Shown here piece by piece: positions 1 through 8,574 of a stretch of DNA of 64,000 nt (position 1 is the first letter of the stretch; each line of letters opens with the position of its first letter). Source of the DNA: Clostridia bacterium (GTDB taxonomy: Bacteria; Bacillota; Clostridia; Christensenellales; Aristaeellaceae); NCBI GenBank assembly GCA_017552615.1, contig JAFZPI010000019.1, positions 3,966 to 67,965 on the forward strand, given 5' to 3'. The position numbers were made by a program, and so were the translations under genes. Under the pieces are notes generated by a model. That model was not told where the DNA came from. It ran no database searches and saw only the letters and a list, made by a program, of their open reading frames with translations.

Positions 1-738
1 CTGGCCAGAGAACGTAAGGTTCCGTGCTTCCGCGACAAAACCCGATCTGTCTGCCAATGGGAAATACAGAGTGGCAGTGGCGCTCAAGGATTTGCTGCGG
101 GCTTCGGCGCTGCTCTCGGCTCCGCGGGTACGCAGTTGCTCCCATAGTACAGGCAGGTCTTCGCCCGGATGGGCGCTGACACTCCCGGCGGGAAGACTGT
201 TGATGTTGTTGTAGGAATAAGGTACATCCGCAATTAGGACGTTTACATAACGGATGTTTGTGCCCTCAGCGAGCGTGGAGGCCAGAGACAGGCCGATGGC
301 GTAGATCTCGTCGTTCTCCAGCGCCATAGTGCTGCCTGCCAGGTTCACCGTGCATACATTGCCGGAGACTTCAACCGGCATTACTCCGTAGAGCTGAAGC
401 TCTGTCTTTCGCCCAAGGGCGTCGGTGAGGCTGTCCTCCCGGGCACTGAGCAGGGCCTGCACCAGAGTGCGGGCGTTACCGCCGCTGCGGTGGAGCGAAA
501 CCGTGGCCTGACGGGCCAACAGTTTTTGCCCGTCGCGTGAAGGAAGGTATTGATTGACCAATGAGTCAGAGGTCAATCCACTGTCATCGGTGGGGGCGGT
601 ATAGGGATTTTGCACAGGCGGAAGAGTAGAGCCTGTTTGGGTATCACTGTTGACCATGCTTTGGGAGCCACAGGCGCTGAGCAATGGGAGAAGGACGGCC
701 ATGAGGATGCAAAGAAAGCGAAAACGGAAGCGTTTCAT
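1..738 (-). CDS. GerMN-like lipoprotein (C-terminus runs off the left window edge)
   Basis: Absent from the ORF track because there is no stop in the window. Hand translation of the reverse strand from the ATG (complement of 736-738) gives MKRFRFRFLCILMAVLLPLLSACGSQ..., a signal peptide plus LSAC lipobox. Sits 1 nt downstream of the 740-1729 gene on the same strand. Confidence 0.6.
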   Translation of the reverse strand, partial: MKRFRFRFLCILMAVLLPLLSACGSQSMVNSDTQTGSTLPPVQNPYTAPTDDSGLTSDSLVNQYLPSRDGQKLLARQATVSLHRSGGNARTLVQALLSAREDSLTDALGRKTELQLYGVMPVEVSGNVCTVNLAGSTMALENDEIYAIGLSLASTLAEGTNIRYVNVLIADVPYSYNNINSLPAGSVSAHPGEDLPVLWEQLRTRGAESSAEARSKSLSATATLYFPLADRSGFVAEARNLTFSGQ

Positions 739-739
739 T

Positions 740-1729
740 TCACACCTCCAGCCAGCCGGTCAGGCTTGAGATACCGATTTTCCAGAGACCGTTGTCCCGG
801 CGCAGGCGAAGGATGCGGGCATTCATCTCCCGGATGCTTCCGTCGGCGGTGCGGATATCAGCGTGAACGGAGAGCGTGGTTTCCAGTCCGTCACGGCTGA
901 CGCTGAAGCCTGTGCAGACAAAATCTGTCAAAGTTGGCAGCGCTTCCATGCGGGCGATAAAATCGCTGTATTCAGGACGTGTTTCACCGCTGTACGCGTC
1001 CACGGATGCCACATACAGGTAGAGGCGCTGCCAGTCCCGCTGCAGCCAGCAGGTCATGACGGCTTCTCCGGTCACGGAAGGCGTAAGGAGATAGCTGTCA
1101 TTCCGGGTCTGGGGCGGTGCGGGTTCAGTGCCTTCGCTGCCGTCCTCGAACCAGCTCTGTTCCAGCCACATGCTGGTTTTCAGGTCTGTTCCCTGTTCCA
1201 GAAGCACGATCACTTCGTCCACATCGCAGTTCTCGGTGACCGTGGCCACCAGGGACTGCATAGCCAACTGGCGGCGTAGGGGGATTTCATACATCCAGGT
1301 GCGGTCTTCTTTCCAGCTTTCGGGTTCATCGGATAAACCGTTGAGAAATTCACGGCTGAGCGTAACCAGCAGCGTGCGTCCCTGCTTGGATACGGCAGCA
1401 ACGCGAACTCCCTGCGGGAAAGGACTCCGCAGCTCCACGTACTGGGTGCCGGGTCCCGCGAAAAGGGAAGTCAGCAGGGCTTCCTCATACGATTGTCCGT
1501 TGAGCTGCACAAGGGTCCGCGTTTCCGGCGCCAAATAGGGTTCATCCTGGAAACGAAACCAGAGCGTCGCGTCTTCGCGCGTCCGGAGGACATCGGTATC
1601 GACAGCCGGCGGAAGAAGGGGATCGGTACCCGGTATCAGCGTGGATTCCGGAACACTGGCGGTCTGAGCCGCGCATCCCGCAAGAAGAAAACAAAGCATC
1701 AGGAGGAAGACGCTTCGAAGTTTTTGCAT
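740..1729 (-). CDS. GerMN domain lipoprotein
   Basis: 329 aa ORF. N-terminus MQKLRSVFLLMLCFLLAGCAAQ has an LAGC lipobox. GerMN-like central region (LWFRFQDEPYLAPE...VRVAAVSKQGRTLLVTLSREF). GAGGAGG lies upstream of the ATG. Starts 3 nt after the kinase stop. Confidence 0.7.
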   Translation of the reverse strand: MQKLRSVFLLMLCFLLAGCAAQTASVPESTLIPGTDPLLPPAVDTDVLRTREDATLWFRFQDEPYLAPETRTLVQLNGQSYEEALLTSLFAGPGTQYVELRSPFPQGVRVAAVSKQGRTLLVTLSREFLNGLSDEPESWKEDRTWMYEIPLRRQLAMQSLVATVTENCDVDEVIVLLEQGTDLKTSMWLEQSWFEDGSEGTEPAPPQTRNDSYLLTPSVTGEAVMTCWLQRDWQRLYLYVASVDAYSGETRPEYSDFIARMEALPTLTDFVCTGFSVSRDGLETTLSVHADIRTADGSIREMNARILRLRRDNGLWKIGISSLTGWLEV

Positions 1730-1732
1730 ATC

Positions 1733-3202
1733 TCAGTCCTCCTCATCGTCAAGCGGTAATTGCACTGTAAACGTGGAACCCTGACCGGGTTTGCTCTGTA
1801 CCGTAATCGTGCCGCCGTGCATCGTCACAAGTTGCCGTACGATGGAAAGCCCCAGACCTGTGCCGCCGGTATCCCGGGAACGGGCTTTGTCCACCCGGTA
1901 GAAGCGTTCAAAGATATGAGCCTGGTCTTCTTCCGGGATGCCAACGCCGTTGTCCTGAACGGAGAGAATCGCGTTGTGGCCTCTCACCTGCAGGGTAACG
2001 GTGATCTGCCCGCCGTCAGGGGTATACTTCAATGCATTTTCAGTGAGGTTGTAGACGATCTGCTCGAGCTTCGAGCGGTCCCCGTTCATCACAATGTTGG
2101 GGGAGACACGCATGATCAGGTCCTGCCCGCGTTTTTCGGCCTGGGGCATCAGGAGCCGGATCGTTTCCTGTACGGTGTCGGAGAGGTTCAGTTTGGTGCG
2201 CTTCATTTCAAGGCGGTTGCTGTCCATCCGAGTCAGGGTCAGCAGGTCTCCGACCACGTTGGAGAGCCGGTCGATCTCGTGGTTCATGTCGCCGAGGAAC
2301 TCCGCGCGCATCTCATCGGGCATCTCCGGCTGGTAGAGTACGTTTTCGAGCAGGATCTTCATGGTGGTCAGTGGTGTCTTGAGTTCATGCGAGGCGTTCG
2401 AGACAAACTGGCTGCGAGTACGGTCCATGCTCTCAAGCTGCTCCGCCATGGCATTGTAGTTTTCGGCAAGGGTGCGCAATTCACCGGAAGAGCGCACCTT
2501 CGCGCGGACGGACAGGTCGCCGTGGCCCATCTTCTGGATCGTGCGGGTCAGTGCGTTGATGGGTTTGGTCAGAAGATTTGAGAAGAAGATCGAGACCACC
2601 AGGGCGATCACGGCCACGATCACGAAAACAATGGCCAGTTCTCGCTCCACCCGGCTCAGGCTGTCGATGAGCTCTGCGACCGGCGCGCAGTATAAAAGCA
2701 CCCCCAGACTGCCGCCGGTGCCTACGATGCGTACCGCGCAGTATGCCACCCGGCTGTCCCCGTCCTGGACGGTGACATCGGCGTCGGAAAGGGTGTGAAT
2801 GCCGTAGCTTGAAGACTTACCGTCGGCGAGGATGGCGACGACTTCCGGCAGTTGACTCCGCTGCCCCATCAGGCGGGAAAAGCTGTCGAACTGGATCTTG
2901 CCGTCATTATCCAACACCAAAAGACGCCCTCCAAGCTCTCCGCCGGAGGAGACCAGCGTTTCGCTCAGGGCATCGACCTGGCCGAATTGAAAAAGAGGCG
3001 CAACAGTCGCGGCAAGCTTCTCCAGAGAGAGGCTGTCCTGACGGATGCGCTGATTGTAAAGGTAATCGCGGACGGAGCCGGTGAGGAGGACATCGGTCAC
3101 GAAAAAGGATGCGCTGATGATCAGCAGAAACGCGATGGTGATTTTGAAGCCGATGCTCCCGAAAAACCGCCGCTTAGTCCTTGTCCGTGAAATAATAACC
3201 AA
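1733..3202 (-). CDS. HAMP/HisKA/HATPase sensor histidine kinase
   Basis: H-box SNASHELKTPLTTM and N/G boxes (YNLTENALKYTP, DNGVGIP, GGTGLGLSIV). Two TM segments flank a ~150 aa extracytoplasmic region. The track ORF reaches 3388, but its first ~60 aa are low-complexity and overlap the regulator. My chosen start is the TTG at 3200-3202 and is uncertain. Confidence 0.85.
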   Translation of the reverse strand: MVIISRTRTKRRFFGSIGFKITIAFLLIISASFFVTDVLLTGSVRDYLYNQRIRQDSLSLEKLAATVAPLFQFGQVDALSETLVSSGGELGGRLLVLDNDGKIQFDSFSRLMGQRSQLPEVVAILADGKSSSYGIHTLSDADVTVQDGDSRVAYCAVRIVGTGGSLGVLLYCAPVAELIDSLSRVERELAIVFVIVAVIALVVSIFFSNLLTKPINALTRTIQKMGHGDLSVRAKVRSSGELRTLAENYNAMAEQLESMDRTRSQFVSNASHELKTPLTTMKILLENVLYQPEMPDEMRAEFLGDMNHEIDRLSNVVGDLLTLTRMDSNRLEMKRTKLNLSDTVQETIRLLMPQAEKRGQDLIMRVSPNIVMNGDRSKLEQIVYNLTENALKYTPDGGQITVTLQVRGHNAILSVQDNGVGIPEEDQAHIFERFYRVDKARSRDTGGTGLGLSIVRQLVTMHGGTITVQSKPGQGSTFTVQLPLDDEED

Positions 3203-3869
3203 CTCCCCACTTGGTGAAGATGAACTCGGGCTGGGTCGTATCGTGCTCGATCTTTTCGCGCAGGCGGCGGATGTGCACGTCGACGGTGCGGTCGTCGCCG
3301 GTGTAGTCGTACTTCCAGACGGTTTCGAGCATCTGCTTGCGCGTGAAAACCTTGCCGCGGTTGGCAATGAAAAGCTGCAGCAGGTCAAATTCCTTGGCGG
3401 TCAGTTTCACTTCTTTATTGGCCAGGGTCACGGTGCGCTTGGAGGGATTGATCTCCAGGTCGCGGACCTTGATGTTCTTCTTCTCTTCGTTTGCCATCGG
3501 GACGGCGGCAGCCCGGCGGAGGATGGCCTTGATGCGGGCCTTGACCTCAAGGATGTTGAAGGGCTTGGGAATATAGTCGTCCGCGCCGTATTCCAGGCCG
3601 AGGATCTTGTCCATATCCTCGCCTTTGGCCGTCAGCATGATGATCGGCACATTGCTGTGCTCGCGGATACGCTGGCAGACTTGGATGCCGTCCATCTTCG
3701 GCAGCATGACGTCCAGGAGGATCATGTCGAACTCACCGGAAAAGAACTTATCCAGCGCTTCCTCGCCGTCCACCGCGCTCTCGGTTTCATAGCCTTCTTG
3801 TTCCAACGTATACTTGAGTCCCTTCAGGATCAGCGGCTCGTCGTCCACAAGAAGAATCCTCTTCGCCAT
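3174..3869 (-). CDS. OmpR/PhoB-family response regulator
   Basis: 231 aa. Receiver domain (ILLVDDEP...DMILLDVMLPKMDG...MLTAKG) plus winged-helix output (LTAKEFDLLQLF...VDVHIRRLREKIE). Confidence 0.92.
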   Translation of the reverse strand: MAKRILLVDDEPLILKGLKYTLEQEGYETESAVDGEEALDKFFSGEFDMILLDVMLPKMDGIQVCQRIREHSNVPIIMLTAKGEDMDKILGLEYGADDYIPKPFNILEVKARIKAILRRAAAVPMANEEKKNIKVRDLEINPSKRTVTLANKEVKLTAKEFDLLQLFIANRGKVFTRKQMLETVWKYDYTGDDRTVDVHIRRLREKIEHDTTQPEFIFTKWGVGYYFTDKD

Positions 3870-3940
3870 GACGCATCCTCCATAACATTCAAACAGCCGA
3901 ACAAACCGCCCGACTGAGGTTAATCTGGTGATTCTTAAAA

Positions 3941-3969
3941 ATATTAACGCATTTGCACCAAAAAATCAA
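3941..3969 (-). promoter_or_regulatory. candidate sigma-A promoter of the two-component operon
   Basis: Reverse strand reads TTGATT, 17 nt, TAATAT, about 70 nt upstream of the regulator ATG. Confidence 0.4.
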
Positions 3970-4020
3970 GCAATTATCGAAAGAATATTACAGATTATTG
4001 CTAAAAAGGTTACGGGACGT

Positions 4021-4050
4021 AAAAAACGGCGTGACCGGAGTCACGCCGCA
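4021..4050 (-). terminator. rho-independent terminator after fba
   Basis: Reverse strand reads GGCGTGAC-tccg-GTCACGCC followed by TTTTTT, directly after the fba stop. Confidence 0.8.
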
Positions 4051-4065
4051 AATTGGTTTTGGGGA

Positions 4066-5031
4066 TCAGGCCTTGCCGTTGCAGCCCAGGACGTTGACGA
4101 GCTTGTGGCGAACCACGTTGCGGATGTTGTCGCGGGCTTCGGTGAGGTACTGACGGGGATCGAAGTGATCCGGATGCTCGACAAAGTGCTTGCGGACCGC
4201 GGCGGTGAAGCCAAGGCGCAGGTCGGAGTCGATGTTGATCTTGCAGACAGCCATGGAGGCCGCCTTACGCAGCTGCTCCTCGGGAATGCCAACAGCGTCA
4301 GGCATACGGCCGCCATTCTCGTTGATGATCTTCACATACTCCTGGGGCACGCTGGAAGAGCCGTGGAGCACGATCGGGAATCCGGGCAGGCGCTTGGAGA
4401 CTTCCTCCAGCACGTCGAAGCGCAGGGGCGGGGGCACCAGGATGCCGTCCGCGTTGCGGGTGCACTGGGCCGCGGTGAATTTGTAAGCGCCGTGGCTGGT
4501 GCCGATGGCGATGGCCAGGGAGTCGCAGCCCGTGCGGGTGACGAACTCTTCCACTTCCTCGGGACGGGTGTAGGAGGAATCCTCGGCGGAGACCTTCACG
4601 TCGTCTTCCACGCCAGCCAGGGTGCCGAGCTCAGCCTCAACCACCACGCCATGGTCATGAGCATACTCAACTACCTGGCGGGTGATCTTGATGTTCTCTT
4701 CAAAGGGCAGGCCGCTCTTGTCGATCATGACAGAGGAGAAACCACCGTCGATGCAGCTCTTGCAGGTCTCGAAGTCGGGGCCGTGGTCCAGGTGCACCGC
4801 GATGGGCAGGTCGGTGTCCTCAACGGCGGCATAGATCATGTGCATCAGGTAGGTGTGCTTGGCATACTTGCGGGCGCCGGCGGAAACCTGCAGGATCAGC
4901 GGGGCGTTCTCGAGCTTGGCAGCTTCGGTGATGCCCTGGATGATCTCCATGTTGTTGACGTTGAAAGCGCCGATGGCGTATCCGCCTTCATAGGCTTTGC
5001 GGAACATTTCGGTTGTGGTGACAATGGCCAT
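4066..5031 (-). CDS. fba: class II fructose-1,6-bisphosphate aldolase
   Basis: MAIVTTTEMFRKAYEGGYAIGAFNVNNME...LDHG...SVMIDKS...HGSSSVPQ is the typical class II FBA pattern. The start is moved to the ATG at 5031, which is preceded by GAAGGAGG. Confidence 0.93.
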   Translation of the reverse strand: MAIVTTTEMFRKAYEGGYAIGAFNVNNMEIIQGITEAAKLENAPLILQVSAGARKYAKHTYLMHMIYAAVEDTDLPIAVHLDHGPDFETCKSCIDGGFSSVMIDKSGLPFEENIKITRQVVEYAHDHGVVVEAELGTLAGVEDDVKVSAEDSSYTRPEEVEEFVTRTGCDSLAIAIGTSHGAYKFTAAQCTRNADGILVPPPLRFDVLEEVSKRLPGFPIVLHGSSSVPQEYVKIINENGGRMPDAVGIPEEQLRKAASMAVCKINIDSDLRLGFTAAVRKHFVEHPDHFDPRQYLTEARDNIRNVVRHKLVNVLGCNGKA

Positions 5032-5099
5032 GGGAAAGACCTCCTTCATATTCGGATAAGTCATTATAGCACAGAACCCGGCGGGATGAAAGAGGTTTT

Positions 5100-8000
5100 G
5101 GGAGAGAAATCGTCATTTCAGGACTAAAGGTGTTTGACATGATAAAAATCTGGGTGAAAAAGTAATCGAAATGTATAAAATGATTCGGTTTTGCCTCTGT
5201 ACTACGATTGTTTTTTGTGCTATGATTATAAAGGTTAATCATGGAAAAGAGTTATCCACTTTATCGAAGGAGTAAGCAATATGAAGAAGTTGATTTGCTT
5301 TCTTGTGCTAATCAGTGCACTTTTCCTTGCTGTTTCAATATCTATCGCGGAGGATTATAAGGTTGAAGATATTAACTATGCTTATCTGACGTGCCCTGAG
5401 TGTCAGATACCTGTTAACGAACCTATCACTTGGACTCTTCTTTATGATGGCCCAAGCAGAGAGAATTATACTTTCGAGTATTCTTTATACTATCGCCCAT
5501 ATAATGAAAACAGCCGGACATATACATTGATAGATTCTGTATCTTTTGATGGGTATTCCTTTACAAAGACGATTGAAACCGAGGGGAGGTACTTAATCTT
5601 TCTACGGATAACGGATAGTCAGAATAACAGTATTGACATAGACTCCAACTATTACACAACAATCGGTGAAAACTATGGAGAAGCTTTGCAATTGGAGATT
5701 GCTAGTATAAAAGCTGAATGTATAGCATCGGGAGCGACCACAGATGCTGAGATTGCACGATTTATGCATGATTATATCATCAATCATGCTGAGTATAATA
5801 TGGAAGCATCATGTATGGATGATCCAGAAGGTGTACTCATCAATGGTGAAGGAGTTTGCCAAAGCTATGCATATGCTTATCAGTTACTTTTAAAGTCCAT
5901 GGGCATCGAGTGTATCCTAATTGATGGATACACTGTTCAAAACTTTACACTTGAGGATCAACATATTTGGAACCTGGTAAACATTGATGGTAAGTGGTAT
6001 CATGTTGATTGTTGTTTCGATGATCCTTTGGATTCTGTTGAAAATCAATCTTGTTTCTTGGTTACAGATAAAATACGTAGTGGCGAATGTGTTTGGACGG
6101 CTTCTGTATATCCCAAATGCCAGGATGGTTCTTTCTTACCTTGTGATATATTGCTATCTGACGAGAATGACTTTGAGTCACAAATGAACATTTTTGCTGC
6201 TGAAGGCAAATTTGATGGCTTGATTGTAATGTATATTGGAAGTGATGAACTGTTCAGTACAACAAAGCTACAGGCATTAATGTATAATTGGCAACAAAAG
6301 TATAAAGAACAGTATAACATTGATGGAACCGCGATATGGCGCGAAGCAGAAGGAATGGCTGGCGATGGGTATTTTCGGTATTTAATTAGCTTCGCTGTTA
6401 TGAACGAGACTGATGTTGATGATTATTATGATGGAATCTATGAGAGCTTTGCCTATTCAAGAATTTCTGATGGTATCAAGATAGTCGAGTATCTTGGAAA
6501 TGAAGCTTTTGTTGTTATCCCGGAGCAAATTGAAAACACACCGGTCACTCATATTGGTAATGCTGCTTTTTGGAAAAACAGTACGATAACCAATATAACG
6601 ATCCCCAATACGGTTGTTCAGATTGATGATGGTTCTTCTGATACATATTTTTATCGCGGCTACTGCGGTGCATTCAAAGAATGTACGAATCTTCAGTCAA
6701 TCAATATTCCGGGAAGCGTAGTTCGTGTAGGCCGAAATGCATTTATGGGTTGCACGTCTCTTTCAAATGTAACACTCAATGAAGGAACGCAAATCCTTGC
6801 AATTGATTGTTTTGCCCAATGCTCATCATTAAGTACTTTAGTTCTTCCTTCAACATTAACCACTTTTGCGCAGAATGTTATTGATGGAACAAGAATAGCA
6901 TCACTTCATTTGCCCAAAAGTGTAATTGATTTTAATGGCATTGTAAATGACAAGTATTTGCAAAGTGTAACTGTTGAAGATGGTAATCCTGTATATTCGG
7001 CATGGGACGGAGTTTTATATCGTGATAACGGTAGTTTTCTATGTTATTATCCTGTAGCCAAAGCAGATACATCTTATTCAATTAGAGAAGGTTGCAGTTT
7101 GGTATGGACGGATGTCTTCATGGACGCAACAAATCTTGAAACCTTAGTTATTCCATCTACTTTTCAGGGCTTTGTTGCATTTGGTATATATCCTGTGTCG
7201 CTGTCTTCTATTATTGTATCACCAGACAATCCATATTATGTTAGCATAGATGGTATAGTGTACTCTTGTGATATGACAAAACTCATATGTATTCCTCCCT
7301 CTTTGAATATTGAAACCTATGTGATGCCGGATACGGTTACCTCAAAAACAGACTATGCGTTACGAAATCTCCAATATATCAAGAGACTTGAAATTTCAAA
7401 AGACTTATATACAAATTATCAGGAAGGGATTAACTACTGTCCTTTACTGGAAGAAGTGATTTATCAACCTGATGGCAGTCAACAACGAATTTTGTCTATG
7501 CAAACATGTCCCAATTTGCGATATGTACAGTTTCCTTCAAACGCGAAAGTTATACCGTTTAATGCGTTTTATCAGTGTGAAAGTATTAGTCAGATTGATC
7601 TTCCGGAAGGTTTGGATACCATAGATCAACAAGCGTTTTGTCAATGTACATCTCTTAAATCAATCCACATTCCATCATCTGTCACAACAATAGGTGTTAA
7701 TGCGTTTATGGATTGTGGTATAGAAGTAATCTATATGGATGCCATTCCTGCGTATTTTGCCGAAGGTGCATTTGGTGATGGAAATGTGATTGTTGTTAGT
7801 GAAAATGAATCAATGAGGGAATTTGCTGAAGGACAAGGTTATCATTTTAGTGAAGGTGCCCCTAGCAAAGTAATAATCAATAATGGCATTGGGAAAGCTT
7901 ATCGTTGCAACTTCCAGCCTGAAGAAATAACCTTGAATGCAACATTTGAACCAGAAGGAACATTTGCATTTGTCTATTATGATATTCCTGAATCAGTTGA

Positions 8001-8552
8001 TCAGGCAATTGTGTGGATTGATCAACGTGATGGAGAATGGATCCTTATCCCGCGGAACTTAGGCAGTACAGTAATTACAGGGTCCACGAGCTTTGGTGAT
8101 GTATTTCAATTTGAGATAGAAGTTCTTTGTCACCATACATGGGAGTATTATGATCTATCACCTGCAACACAAGATACAAACGGGAAGAGAGGACAAGTAC
8201 AGTGCAGACAATGTTCGGTTCATTTGGATGAGAAGGATATTTCGCATGATAGTATTATGGAATTACCCACTTCACTAACTACAATTGAAGATGAAGCGTT
8301 CAGGGGTGTCTCTGCTCAGCAAATCAACATTCCCAGTTCAACAACCCGCATTGGTAGATATGCCTTTAGTGATTGCACAAACCTTGCATTGATTATCATT
8401 CCGGACAGTGTGACAGAAATTGCACCTGATGCTTTCAGTGGAAGCAGTGATGTTTTAATTCTTTGTGACGCGGGTAGTTATGCAGAAATATATGCTTTTG
8501 AGTACGGTATACCATATGTCAGCAGGCAAGTGATGATACCTGTCCCTTAATA
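5100..8552. other. low-GC segment 1 (putatively horizontally acquired)
   Basis: Spot counts of 60-nt lines at 5281 and 7021 both give 35% GC, against 58% at 9001. The switch back to high GC occurs within about 25 nt of the stop at 8550. Confidence 0.7.
5281..8550 (+). CDS. large secreted protein: transglutaminase-like cysteine-protease core plus BspA-type leucine-rich repeats (LRR_5)
   Basis: 1089 aa with signal peptide MKKLICFLVLISALFLAVSISIA. Cys-His-Asp transglutaminase-core motifs GEGVCQSYAYAY, QHIWNLV and WYHVDCCFDD. Many IP.SV..IG..AF..C..L repeats. AAGGAG precedes the ATG. Confidence 0.75.
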   Translation: MKKLICFLVLISALFLAVSISIAEDYKVEDINYAYLTCPECQIPVNEPITWTLLYDGPSRENYTFEYSLYYRPYNENSRTYTLIDSVSFDGYSFTKTIETEGRYLIFLRITDSQNNSIDIDSNYYTTIGENYGEALQLEIASIKAECIASGATTDAEIARFMHDYIINHAEYNMEASCMDDPEGVLINGEGVCQSYAYAYQLLLKSMGIECILIDGYTVQNFTLEDQHIWNLVNIDGKWYHVDCCFDDPLDSVENQSCFLVTDKIRSGECVWTASVYPKCQDGSFLPCDILLSDENDFESQMNIFAAEGKFDGLIVMYIGSDELFSTTKLQALMYNWQQKYKEQYNIDGTAIWREAEGMAGDGYFRYLISFAVMNETDVDDYYDGIYESFAYSRISDGIKIVEYLGNEAFVVIPEQIENTPVTHIGNAAFWKNSTITNITIPNTVVQIDDGSSDTYFYRGYCGAFKECTNLQSINIPGSVVRVGRNAFMGCTSLSNVTLNEGTQILAIDCFAQCSSLSTLVLPSTLTTFAQNVIDGTRIASLHLPKSVIDFNGIVNDKYLQSVTVEDGNPVYSAWDGVLYRDNGSFLCYYPVAKADTSYSIREGCSLVWTDVFMDATNLETLVIPSTFQGFVAFGIYPVSLSSIIVSPDNPYYVSIDGIVYSCDMTKLICIPPSLNIETYVMPDTVTSKTDYALRNLQYIKRLEISKDLYTNYQEGINYCPLLEEVIYQPDGSQQRILSMQTCPNLRYVQFPSNAKVIPFNAFYQCESISQIDLPEGLDTIDQQAFCQCTSLKSIHIPSSVTTIGVNAFMDCGIEVIYMDAIPAYFAEGAFGDGNVIVVSENESMREFAEGQGYHFSEGAPSKVIINNGIGKAYRCNFQPEEITLNATFEPEGTFAFVYYDIPESVDQAIVWIDQRDGEWILIPRNLGSTVITGSTSFGDVFQFEIEVLCHHTWEYYDLSPATQDTNGKRGQVQCRQCSVHLDEKDISHDSIMELPTSLTTIEDEAFRGVSAQQINIPSSTTRIGRYAFSDCTNLALIIIPDSVTEIAPDAFSGSSDVLILCDAGSYAEIYAFEYGIPYVSRQVMIPVP

Positions 8553-8574
8553 GCATACAGAAGGAGAGTGCTCC

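Noticed and set aside
3928-5127. 399-aa ORF on the plus strand overlapping fba
   Set aside because: It is antisense to a clearly recognisable fba gene. Its composition is low-complexity Gly/Ala/Val/Asp-rich, typical of shadow ORFs in GC-rich DNA, and it has no SD.
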